IMG/VR virus record: IMGVR_UViG_3300017917_004576
Location: 1 to 64,000 of that record
From: a virus
Direction: 5' to 3' (one strand)
Length of the DNA stretch: 64,000 nt
How positions within the stretch are numbered: position 1 is the stretch's first letter; each line of letters starts with the position of its first letter. A model generated the notes under the pieces. The model saw only the letters and a program-made list of their open reading frames with translations, was not told the DNA's origin and did no database searches. The translations under genes and the position numbers were made by a program. This document shows positions 1 to 7,110 of this stretch, one piece after another.

Positions 1-8
1 AAAGGTCG

Positions 9-244
9 AAAAATATTTTTGGGATCGTAAGTCTAGTATTTTCAAGGATTTACGATTTTCTCAGTTTGAGACGCGATTCTTGGCACTGTAGCATTTTGCT
101 ACACACTGTAGCATTTTGCACAGCATTTTGCTACACCACCTTTGGGGTCGCTGTAAGTTGTTGTTGCACAAGGGTTTACGTCGAGCGGGGCGGCCCGATT
201 TCGCCGTAAGTCCTTATGGGACAAGGGTTTGCGTCGAGTTCTTA
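9..244. repeat. Composite regulatory repeat module, copy 1
   Basis: A-tract; site A 26-54 (cgtaagtctag-tattttc-aaggatttacg); TCTCAGTTTGAGA 59-71; GCATTTTGC boxes at 91, 111, 123; CCACCTTTGGGGTCG; site B 152-180; site C 205-233. Same order and spacing as copy 2. Confidence 0.9.
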
Positions 245-391
245 GAGAATCGTACCATCCCCCCTAATGCGGTACATGATGCCACCGATACTATACAGGC
301 TAATACCCTCGCCCAAATGGCAAACAAACATAGCCGAATAACCATGAATAGCAATCAATCGTAGCAACGTATTTTCAATTTGAATGGTCAT
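242..391 (-). CDS. Small hypothetical protein, 49 aa (not in ORF track)
   Basis: Read manually: ATG at 391, MTIQIENTLLRLIAIHGYSAMFVCHLGEGISLYSIGGIMYRIRGDGTIL, TAA at 242-244. Begins 4 nt after the stop of the upstream minus-strand gene and ends at the module boundary. Confidence 0.6.
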   Translation of the reverse strand: MTIQIENTLLRLIAIHGYSAMFVCHLGEGISLYSIGGIMYRIRGDGTIL

Positions 392-395
392 GTGT

Positions 396-713
396 TCACT
401 CGTCTCCAATAAAGGGACTCATCTCATCATCTGCGAGGCTAGCATATTGCTCTGCGAGAGCAACCACCCTTTCGGGGGAACCGGGCTTGCCAACTGGAAA
501 ACGCATACGATCCTCACCCCCTACCATGCGGGGGTCAGTCTTTTCGATCTTACTCTTGCCAATCTTTCGCAGAGCGGAACGATTGAACTTCAATACCTTC
601 TCGCTGGTAATCGTACCACCATCAGCGGTACGCTTGTCGCAAGGGATCGCCATACCATAGAAGATACCACGAACTGTACGCTTGTATTCTTCAATGATAG
701 GAAACTTTTCCAT
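396..713 (-). CDS. Hypothetical early protein (about 105 aa, start revised to MEKFP)
   Basis: ORF 396..767 trimmed to ATG 713, which follows a purine-rich leader (AGAAAGAGAGAAAGAAA) and the promoter element at 740-767. Confidence 0.7.
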   Translation of the reverse strand: MEKFPIIEEYKRTVRGIFYGMAIPCDKRTADGGTITSEKVLKFNRSALRKIGKSKIEKTDPRMVGGEDRMRFPVGKPGSPERVVALAEQYASLADDEMSPFIGDE

Positions 714-739
714 TTTCTTTCTCTCTTTCTTGTGTCTTG

Positions 740-767
740 ATTCTACCAAACTTTTCTGTCGCGTCAA
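740..767 (-). promoter_or_regulatory. Sigma70-like promoter (repeated element, copy 1)
   Basis: Minus strand TTGACG-cgacagaaaagtttgg-TAGAAT (16-nt spacer, extended -10 TG). Near-identical copies at 942-969 and 1880-1907. Confidence 0.65.
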
Positions 768-773
768 CCCCTA

Positions 774-917
774 TTAGGCGGGGCATGATGGATCGTCGAT
801 TTCCTCAATAACGCAGTCGCAGTGTTCCCAGCATCGAGGACACAATTCAAGGCCCGCAATGTCGGAAACGATTTCAACACCACAGCAATCCGAATAGTAA
901 ACTTCAATCTTGCTCAT
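774..917 (-). CDS. Small Cys-rich putative zinc-binding protein, 47 aa (not in ORF track)
   Basis: MSKIEVYYSDCCGVEIVSDIAGLELCPRCWEHCDCVIEEIDDPSCPA*; has its own promoter element (942-969) and purine-rich leader. Confidence 0.7.
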   Translation of the reverse strand: MSKIEVYYSDCCGVEIVSDIAGLELCPRCWEHCDCVIEEIDDPSCPA

Positions 918-941
918 TCTTTTCTCTCTTTCTTTTCTATG

Positions 942-969
942 ATCCTACCAAACTTTTCTGTCGCCGCAA
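942..969 (-). promoter_or_regulatory. Sigma70-like promoter (repeated element, copy 2)
   Basis: TTGCGG-cgacagaaaagtttgg-TAGGAT on the minus strand, about 25 nt upstream of ATG 917. Confidence 0.55.
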
Positions 970-972
970 CCC

Positions 973-1179
973 TCACTCTTGGGGGGTCTTGGATTTTTCT
1001 TCTTCTTTCTTCTTTCTCCATTCTGCAACGAATGCAACGTAATCGTCAACCGATCCATCACGGTTGTCCCTATGGTAATCGTATCCATCATCCGAACCGT
1101 ATGGACGGTATGAGGAAGTACGGGAAGCCCGATAGGCTCGGAGGTTAGAAGCAGCACTGCGAAACTTTCTATTCATCAT
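973..1179 (-). CDS. Hypothetical early protein, 68 aa
   Basis: ORF track; preceded by leader AAGAAAGAAAGAAAGAGAG and the -24/-12-like element at 1216-1231. Confidence 0.65.
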   Translation of the reverse strand: MMNRKFRSAASNLRAYRASRTSSYRPYGSDDGYDYHRDNRDGSVDDYVAFVAEWRKKKEEEKSKTPQE

Positions 1180-1215
1180 TCAATCTCTCTTTCTTTCTTT
1201 CTTACCCTATATATA

Positions 1216-1231
1216 TGCACTTACTGTGCCA
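1216..1231 (-). promoter_or_regulatory. Sigma54-like (-24/-12) promoter
   Basis: Minus strand TGGCAC-AGTAA-GTGCA (GG-N10-GC) followed by TATATAT; site A of module 2 starts 25 nt further right (1231 to 1256). Confidence 0.55.
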
Positions 1232-1237
1232 TTCACC

Positions 1238-1475
1238 AAAAAATATTTTTTTCTTCCTAAGTCCTTACGCCACAACACTTTACAACTTTCTCATTTTGAG
1301 ACGGGGGTGTGCCAAGGTGAGGCATTTTGCTACAGGTGACGCATTTTGCTACAGCGTTTTGCTACACCACCTTTGGGGTCGTCGTAAGTGCTTGAACCAT
1401 AAGGAGTTACGTCAAAAATGGCGGCCCAATTTCGCCGTAAGTCCTTACGGGACAAGGGTTTACGTTGAATACTTA
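1238..1475. repeat. Composite regulatory repeat module, copy 2
   Basis: Site A 1256-1284; TCTCATTTTGAGA 1289-1301; boxes at 1322, 1341, 1354; CCACCTTTGGGGTCG; site B 1383-1411; site C 1436-1464. Confidence 0.9.
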
Positions 1476-1666
1476 GAAGAGATTCTTTTCATGTCCTCAC
1501 GATACCTGAACAGTAGTTCACGAGCAGACGCGCGTATACCTTCCTTCAGTATCTCACGAGCACTACCCCTCTCATGAGGGAGTCGTACTTGTGCCTCATG
1601 AAGCCATAGTCGTATGGTACTTGTTTTCATACTCTCGAACGATGATTGAAAGTAATTAGTATCCAT
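1460..1666 (-). CDS. Hypothetical early protein, 68 aa
   Basis: ORF track; abuts the upstream ORF (1667) and ends inside site C of module 2. Confidence 0.6.
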   Translation of the reverse strand: MDTNYFQSSFESMKTSTIRLWLHEAQVRLPHERGSAREILKEGIRASARELLFRYREDMKRISSKYST

Positions 1667-1852
1667 TCAAGCATTCTCCACGATGACACTCACGACCTTG
1701 TCGGCATACATAGACCGATAGCCCACCGTCTCATCGTTCACCAGAATCAACGTTCCCTTGTTGGGAATCTCACGAACGCTAACCAGTTCACCAGTGAACG
1801 ACTCACCGGTACTGTAGACCACACTCAACCTATCGCCAACATTGTAAACCAT
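1667..1852 (-). CDS. Small beta-rich (SH3/Sm-like?) hypothetical protein, 61 aa
   Basis: MVYNVGDRLSVVYSTGESFTGELVSV alternating beta pattern; purine-rich leader and promoter element at 1880-1907. Confidence 0.7.
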   Translation of the reverse strand: MVYNVGDRLSVVYSTGESFTGELVSVREIPNKGTLILVNDETVGYRSMYADKVVSVIVENA

Positions 1853-1879
1853 CTTTTTCTCTCTTTCTTTCTTTCTAGG

Positions 1880-1907
1880 ATTCTACCAAACTTTTCTTCC
1901 GCCACAA
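1880..1907 (-). promoter_or_regulatory. Sigma70-like promoter (repeated element, copy 3)
   Basis: TTGTGG-cggaagaaaagtttgg-TAGAAT on the minus strand. Confidence 0.55.
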
Positions 1908-1925
1908 CCCCCCGACTAGGGGCTA

Positions 1926-2156
1926 TCACTGGATCGCATAATCATCGACCACGTAACCCATTTCATCAATCTGGATGAATCCACCATCATCGCAGAATCC
2001 TAACTCATGATTTATTTCGATCATGTTATCATTCTGACGAACCCTTTCCAGAAGATCGCTAGCAAATGCGACACGATTCACGAACGAATCGAGACGGGTA
2101 TTGTTGAGCAAATCGCACAATTCACGAACCGTATTGAGCACAATCATGTTTTCCAT
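1926..2156 (-). CDS. Hypothetical acidic early protein (about 76 aa, start revised to MENMI)
   Basis: ORF 1926..2231 trimmed to ATG 2156 after AGAAAAAGGATAGATAAG; the longer start overlaps the promoter element. Confidence 0.65.
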   Translation of the reverse strand: MENMIVLNTVRELCDLLNNTRLDSFVNRVAFASDLLERVRQNDNMIEINHELGFCDDGGFIQIDEMGYVVDDYAIQ

Positions 2157-2214
2157 CTTATCTATCCTTTTTCTACTTGTTTCCGAAACCCCTTGTTTCG
2201 ATGCCAGATATATA

Positions 2215-2230
2215 TGCGAATGTCGTACCA
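2215..2230 (-). promoter_or_regulatory. Sigma54-like (-24/-12) promoter
   Basis: Minus strand TGGTAC-GACAT-TCGCA (GG-N10-GC) followed by TATATAT; same 25-nt offset to site A (2230 to 2255) as in copy 2. Confidence 0.5.
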
Positions 2231-2236
2231 TTCGAG

Positions 2237-2367
2237 AAAAAAAATCAGATTTTTCGTAACCCCTTGAAAAATATAGGGTTACAGCATTCTCAATTTGAGA
2301 CGGGGGTAAGGATCACTGTAGCATTTTGCGTCATACTGTAGCATTTTGCACAGCATTTTGCTACACC
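2237..2367. repeat. Composite regulatory repeat module, copy 3 (lacks sites B and C)
   Basis: Site A 2255-2283; TCTCAATTTGAGA 2288-2300; GCATTTTGC at 2321, 2341, 2353; then diverges. Confidence 0.85.
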
Positions 2368-2403
2368 CGCTTAGTAGGGGGGTTTTTTCATTTTCTTTTA
2401 TTT

Positions 2404-2419
2404 TGGCACAGATTTTGCA
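2404..2419 (+). promoter_or_regulatory. Consensus sigma54 promoter sequence, plus strand
   Basis: TGGCAC-AGATT-TTGCA, an exact match to the TGGCAC-N5-TTGC(A/T) consensus. Confidence 0.5.
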
Positions 2420-2479
2420 GAAAACCGGGGGTGGTATAAACATAGTAAGCACCAAATAAAATAAATGTACTACCTAAAC

Positions 2480-3394
2480 CTATCTATTAGCCCCATACCA
2501 TTCTATAGTTTCTTTTAATCCAGCATCAAAATCCACCTTTGGTTCCCAGTTCAGTACCTTTTTGGCTCGTGACATATCAAGAAATCTTCGTGGCTGACCA
2601 TCTGGCTGATCACTATTCCACACTATATTTCCATCGTATCCAATAAGTGCTTTTATTTTTTCTGCCAAATCTTTTATTGTTATTTCAACACCACCGCCCA
2701 AATTAATAGGCTTAGGATCAGTATCTACGCTTAAACTTTTTACTATAGCCTCAGCAGCATCATCCACATATAAAAATTCTCGTGTGGCACTTCCGCTTCC
2801 CCAACATTCCACACTACCGTTGTTATTCGCTTTTGCATCAATAAACTTTTTAATCAAGGCCGGAATAACATGACTACTGCCAGGATCAAAATTATCATTT
2901 GGCCCGTATAAATTACAAGGAACCAATACGCAACCATTTAAATTATATTGATTTTTATAAGCTTCTATCATAACATAAAGAGCTTTTTTAGCTATTCCGT
3001 ACGGAGCATTAGTTTCTTCCGGATATCCGTCCCACAAACTATCCTCATTAAAAGGAACCGGAGTATATTTAGGATAACTACAAACCGTCCCTATCTGCAC
3101 AACCTTTTGTACATCAAAAAATCTACAATTTTCAATAACATTTAATCCCATCATCATATTTTGATAAAAAAATGATCCTGGATTAATCCTATTTGCACCT
3201 ATTCCACCAACCACAGCAGCACAGTGTATCACAGCATCTGGCCGATATCTATCAAAAGCATCCTTAGTTTGCTTAGGATTGCACAAATCAAAATTTCTTG
3301 ATCTGAATGTTGAAGCATCATAACCTTGATCTTTTAGAACTTTCATAATTCTAGACCCTAAAAATCCATTGCCACCAGTAACTAAAACTTTCAT
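2480..3394 (-). CDS. fcl: GDP-L-fucose synthase (GDP-4-keto-6-deoxymannose epimerase/reductase)
   Basis: VTGGNGFLG Rossmann motif, AAVVGGIGAN, GTVCSYPK, YGIAKK (YxxxK), PCNLYGPNDNF, SSHVIPALI, REFLYVDD, PDGQPRR. Confidence 0.93.
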   Translation of the reverse strand: MKVLVTGGNGFLGSRIMKVLKDQGYDASTFRSRNFDLCNPKQTKDAFDRYRPDAVIHCAAVVGGIGANRINPGSFFYQNMMMGLNVIENCRFFDVQKVVQIGTVCSYPKYTPVPFNEDSLWDGYPEETNAPYGIAKKALYVMIEAYKNQYNLNGCVLVPCNLYGPNDNFDPGSSHVIPALIKKFIDAKANNNGSVECWGSGSATREFLYVDDAAEAIVKSLSVDTDPKPINLGGGVEITIKDLAEKIKALIGYDGNIVWNSDQPDGQPRRFLDMSRAKKVLNWEPKVDFDAGLKETIEWYGANR

Positions 3395-3423
3395 ATTATT
3401 TTCCTTATGCTATATGATTAAAT

Positions 3424-3447
3424 AAAAAAGGGGCAACTTAATGCCCC
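3424..3447 (-). terminator. Rho-independent terminator
   Basis: GGGGCA-TTAAGT-TGCCCC followed by a T run on the minus strand, downstream of gene 3481-3717. Confidence 0.6.
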
Positions 3448-3480
3448 AATTTTATTCATAATTTAATTTAGAATTTACGT

Positions 3481-3717
3481 TCAACCATTATCATTGGATG
3501 ATGCAAACGATGCGGGTATTGAGGCGTTTTTATTCTTTGGTTGACGACCTCGTGGCTTTTGAATACCAAGCTTGCGCCTTTGTCGTCGCACCATAGGAGT
3601 AGTAATACTACTATTTGTTATTTGACTCAATCGTACAGCAATCTCATCATCAGAAATAACATTAAAATTATCACGGATAAAATCCAATTCGATCTGACCC
3701 CATTTTCTATAGCTCAT
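3481..3717 (-). CDS. Small putative HTH DNA-binding protein
   Basis: MSYRKWGQIELDFIRDNF...SDDEIAVRLS...VRRQRRKLGI resembles Myb/GcrA-like HTH; GGAGA Shine-Dalgarno before ATG 3717. Confidence 0.6.
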   Translation of the reverse strand: MSYRKWGQIELDFIRDNFNVISDDEIAVRLSQITNSSITTPMVRRQRRKLGIQKPRGRQPKNKNASIPASFASSNDNG

Positions 3718-3743
3718 TTTATTCTCCCCATATAGTGTAAATA

Positions 3744-3771
3744 TTGACAATGTGATGATCAACTCTATTAT
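3744..3771 (+). promoter_or_regulatory. Sigma70-like promoter for the plus-strand operon
   Basis: TTGACA-N16-TATTAT at the divergence point of the two transcription directions. Confidence 0.45.
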
Positions 3772-3807
3772 ACTATAGTTTTGGTTCTTTTAAGCAAGGG
3801 GCTCAAT

Positions 3808-3984
3808 ATGATTAATTTTGATTCTAATATTACCAATCTTACATCTTCGATCTTATCGGTCAAAGCATCAGGATCAATAATTGACCAAATTCAAAATGAT
3901 CTTAATTTACCAGACGGAGACGACATAACCACTCTATTAAATAATGAAGAAAAAAACAAATCAAACCATCAAAGCGGTGAGTGA
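3808..3984 (+). CDS. Hypothetical protein
   Basis: ORF track 3781..3984; ATG 3808 follows AAGGGG. Confidence 0.4.
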   Translation: MINFDSNITNLTSSILSVKASGSIIDQIQNDLNLPDGDDITTLLNNEEKNKSNHQSGE

Positions 3985-4585
3985 CGACGAATTTTTAGCC
4001 GTTTTAGATAAAATTACTAAAAGATTAGCTCACAAATTTAAATTCGGCTATCATAGCATAGAGGATATGAAACAACAAGCGGCCATATTCGCACTAGAAG
4101 GATTAAAAAATTATGATCACAAAAGGCCCCTTGAAAACTTTTTGTGGACTCATGTACGAAATCGCTTATTTAATTACAAAAGAAATAACTATCAAAGACC
4201 CGACAAACCTTGCTTAACTTGTCCGCTATATGATGCTTCTTATAAAGTTTCTAATAATCAGTGCTCTAAATTTATTGACAAAAAGGAGTGTGAGCCATAT
4301 GCTTCGTGGGCCAAACGAAATGATGCTAAAAAGAATATTGCTAAACCATCTTATTTTGAAGACTTAAATTTAGCATCATCATCTAATGGTTCTCACGAGC
4401 ATAACGAGATAGTTAATTTTCTTGACAAAAATATCCGCTCAGACTATAGAGAAAGTTATCTAAAACTAAAACACAATCAAAAAATTAACAAGTCTGATCT
4501 TAACAAACTTAAAAAACACATTATGGAAATAATGGAGGAACACAATTGGAAAACAGCAGAATTCCCAAAAAACGAGGACAACTAA
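3944..4585 (+). CDS. Phage RNA polymerase sigma-factor-like protein with Cys-rich insert
   Basis: Region-2-like EDMKQQAAIFALEGLKNYDHKRPLENFLWTHVRNRLFNYKR, then CLTC...C...C. Confidence 0.7.
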   Translation: MKKKTNQTIKAVSDDEFLAVLDKITKRLAHKFKFGYHSIEDMKQQAAIFALEGLKNYDHKRPLENFLWTHVRNRLFNYKRNNYQRPDKPCLTCPLYDASYKVSNNQCSKFIDKKECEPYASWAKRNDAKKNIAKPSYFEDLNLASSSNGSHEHNEIVNFLDKNIRSDYRESYLKLKHNQKINKSDLNKLKKHIMEIMEEHNWKTAEFPKNEDN

Positions 4586-5376
4586 GTTTAGATGAAGAAG
4601 CTTATATTCGTGAGAATGTTAATTTATTAAGCATAGATGCTATAGCCTCTAATCTTAATCGTCACGAAGGACCAATTAAACGATATATTAATGAAAATAA
4701 TTTACTAATTGATCCAGAAGACAAAGCGGCTTATGAAACTCTAAAAGATAAATTACATAGCAAAACCTTTTGGATAGAAATTACACGTCAGTTTGATGCT
4801 GACAGTGGCGAACTCCAATACTTTGAAGATACCTGGGTTGGACTAATAAAACAGTTTAGAGAAGATGTTTTACCAGCAGAAGAGTTGCAAATTAAACAAT
4901 TTATCACTATTGATATATTAATTAATCGCAGCATGAAAGAACGAAAAAGACACATTAGTGAAACTGAAAAATTACAAAAACTTGTGGATAAAGAATATGA
5001 AAAAAGCGAGGATCAAAGAGATATACCGAAACTGGCTAATCTCGAAACTCAATTGTCGTTTGCCCGCAACAGTATCGCTAATTACACTAATGAATATACC
5101 AAACTTCTTAATGAACAACAGAAAATTAGTAAAGATCTTAAAGCTACTAGGGAACAAAGAATAAAAAGAATAGAAGATGGTAAAAGTAGTTGGGTTGGTT
5201 TAATACGAATGCTAGAAGACGAAATAGTAAGAGAAAAAGAAGGCAAAGAAATGGAAATTCTTGGAATGGCAGCAACCGGAGCCAAAGAAAGAATGCAACA
5301 ATATCATACTTATCAAGACGACACTGTGGACGTACCATTACTAACACCAGAATTTATGGAAAATCACAATGAATAA
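4546..5376 (+). CDS. Coiled-coil protein with N-terminal HTH-like segment; possible terminase small subunit
   Basis: 276-aa ORF, HTH-like N-terminus, long coiled coil, upstream of TerL. Function is positional inference only. Confidence 0.4.
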   Translation: MENSRIPKKRGQLSLDEEAYIRENVNLLSIDAIASNLNRHEGPIKRYINENNLLIDPEDKAAYETLKDKLHSKTFWIEITRQFDADSGELQYFEDTWVGLIKQFREDVLPAEELQIKQFITIDILINRSMKERKRHISETEKLQKLVDKEYEKSEDQRDIPKLANLETQLSFARNSIANYTNEYTKLLNEQQKISKDLKATREQRIKRIEDGKSSWVGLIRMLEDEIVREKEGKEMEILGMAATGAKERMQQYHTYQDDTVDVPLLTPEFMENHNE

Positions 5377-6361
5377 AACAGCTATAATAACAGGCATTAC
5401 TGGTCAAGATGGCAGCTATCTAGCCGAACTATTATTAGAAAAAGATTACAAAGTTGTTGGATTATATCGACGTAGTAGTTCGTACCATTTTGAAAGAATA
5501 TCCAGCATAGTAGATCATCCTAATTTAACTCTTTTGGAATTTGATCTTACAGATCCTTCCGTAATACTATCCATATTAAAACAATACGAACCAGACGAAT
5601 TCTATAACTTGGCCGCTATGAGTCATGTGGGAACCAGTTTTCACCAGCCCTCCACAACGTTTGATATTAATACCATGGGGGTTTTACATATTTTAGAGGG
5701 TATAAGAACCACATCATCTGCTACAAAATATTATCAAGCTAGCACTAGCGAAATGTTTGGTAAAAATTATAGTGTTGATAAAAATAATAACAAATATCAA
5801 GATGAAAATACTCCACTAATTCCACAAAGTCCGTATGCTGTTAGCAAAGTTGCTAGTCATAATTTGGTACGCATATATCGTGATGCTTATAATATTTTTG
5901 CTACTAGTGGCATACTATTTAATCATGAAAGTCCGCGCCGTGGTGAAAATTTTCTAACGCGAAAAGTTACCAAATATATTGGCCAATTAGTTAACAACAA
6001 AACATCAGACAATTTAAAACTTGGTAATCTTCAAGCTTACAGAGACTGGGGTCACGCTAAAGATTATGTATATGCTATGTATTTGATGCTACAGCAAGAT
6101 GTTCCTGACGACTTTGTTATTTGTACCGGTCAAACTCATAGCGTATTAAATTTTGTTATCAAATCCTTTGAGAGTGTGGATTTGGACTACAAACAATATG
6201 TAGAAATTGATCCATCATTATATCGACCAGCAGAAGTTGACTATTTATGTGGCCGATCTCTTAAAGCTCAAAAAGTACTAGGATGGATTCCATCAACTTC
6301 TTTTGATGATTTAGTTAGCGAAATGATACAAAGCGATATTAAAGTTTACGCTAATGTTTAG
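5369..6361 (+). CDS. gmd: GDP-mannose 4,6-dehydratase
   Basis: ITGITGQDGSYLAELLL, YNLAAMSHV, YQASTSEMFG, SPYAVSK, GILFNHESPRRG, RDWGHAKDYV, RPAEVDYL. Confidence 0.96.
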   Translation: MNKTAIITGITGQDGSYLAELLLEKDYKVVGLYRRSSSYHFERISSIVDHPNLTLLEFDLTDPSVILSILKQYEPDEFYNLAAMSHVGTSFHQPSTTFDINTMGVLHILEGIRTTSSATKYYQASTSEMFGKNYSVDKNNNKYQDENTPLIPQSPYAVSKVASHNLVRIYRDAYNIFATSGILFNHESPRRGENFLTRKVTKYIGQLVNNKTSDNLKLGNLQAYRDWGHAKDYVYAMYLMLQQDVPDDFVICTGQTHSVLNFVIKSFESVDLDYKQYVEIDPSLYRPAEVDYLCGRSLKAQKVLGWIPSTSFDDLVSEMIQSDIKVYANV

Positions 6362-6632
6362 AAATTATAATGATCCATTATACAAAACTTTTAGACAACA
6401 GGTTAAAAAACGAGATCAATACAAATGTCAATGGCCAGGATGTTTAGCATCCAAAAAATTACATGTTCATCATATCAAAAGATGGGTTGATAGCGTTGAT
6501 TTGAGATATAATATAAATAACGGAATCACTTTGTGTAAATTTCATCACTCTCTTATAGAAGGAAACGAAAACGCATACGAAGCAGTTTTTAGCAAATTAA
6601 TATCTGATAATAAAAAATCAAATGATAAATAA
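6354..6632 (+). CDS. HNH endonuclease
   Basis: RDQYKCQWPGC...LHVHHIKRW...NINNGITLCKFHH. Confidence 0.85.
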   Translation: MFRNYNDPLYKTFRQQVKKRDQYKCQWPGCLASKKLHVHHIKRWVDSVDLRYNINNGITLCKFHHSLIEGNENAYEAVFSKLISDNKKSNDK

Positions 6633-7110
6633 TGAAGACTTTACGATCATAATAGATACCAGAGAGCAACAACCGTGGTCTTTTGAGGATTATGTGGTTG
6701 CTAATAAAAAATTAGATACTGGCGATTATAGCATAGAAGGTCTTCAGGACATTTTTGCTATAGAACGTAAAAAGAGCATAAATGAAATTGCTAACAATAT
6801 TATTGAACCACGGTTCAAAGATGTTGTACATAGAATGAGCCAACTTAAATATTCATTTTTCCTATTAGAATTTAGCATGAATGATGTATTAAACTATCCT
6901 ATAGGATCAAATCTACCAAAAAGAATGTGGGATAAAGTTAGAATTACTCCAGCATTTATAATGAAGAATATATTAGATTGGCAGCTTAAATACGATATTA
7001 AAGTATTATTTTGTAATAATGCATCTAATGCAGAAAAAGTAGCAGAATATATTATTAAAAGGATTTACCTCATAAACAATAAACCAAAGGAGAACCAAAA
7101 TGAAACTTGA
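6622..7110 (+). CDS. ERCC4-domain (XPF/Mus81-like) nuclease
   Basis: IIIDTREQ, LDTGDYS and AIERK motifs of the ERCC4 fold. Confidence 0.85.
   Translation: MINNEDFTIIIDTREQQPWSFEDYVVANKKLDTGDYSIEGLQDIFAIERKKSINEIANNIIEPRFKDVVHRMSQLKYSFFLLEFSMNDVLNYPIGSNLPKRMWDKVRITPAFIMKNILDWQLKYDIKVLFCNNASNAEKVAEYIIKRIYLINNKPKENQNET

Noticed and set aside
80-100. TTGGCAC at 80 (and at 1308-1314 on the minus strand) as extra sigma54 promoters
   Set aside because: No GC dinucleotide at the required GG-N10-GC distance.
116-1577. Plus-strand ORFs 116..364 and 1215..1577 that share sequence (LLHHLWGR...FAVSPYGTRV)
   Set aside because: The similarity is simply the translated non-coding module; they lack ribosome-binding sites and overlap better-supported minus-strand genes.
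384-2267. Other plus-strand ORFs in the array (384..740, 822..1148, 1646..1978, 2007..2267) and 945..1157 minus
   Set aside because: Shadows of minus-strand genes that have promoters and purine-rich leaders.
1-2367. CRISPR array interpretation of the repeats
   Set aside because: Repeats are degenerate, of several types, irregularly spaced and separated by genes; there is no uniform repeat-spacer period and no cas gene.
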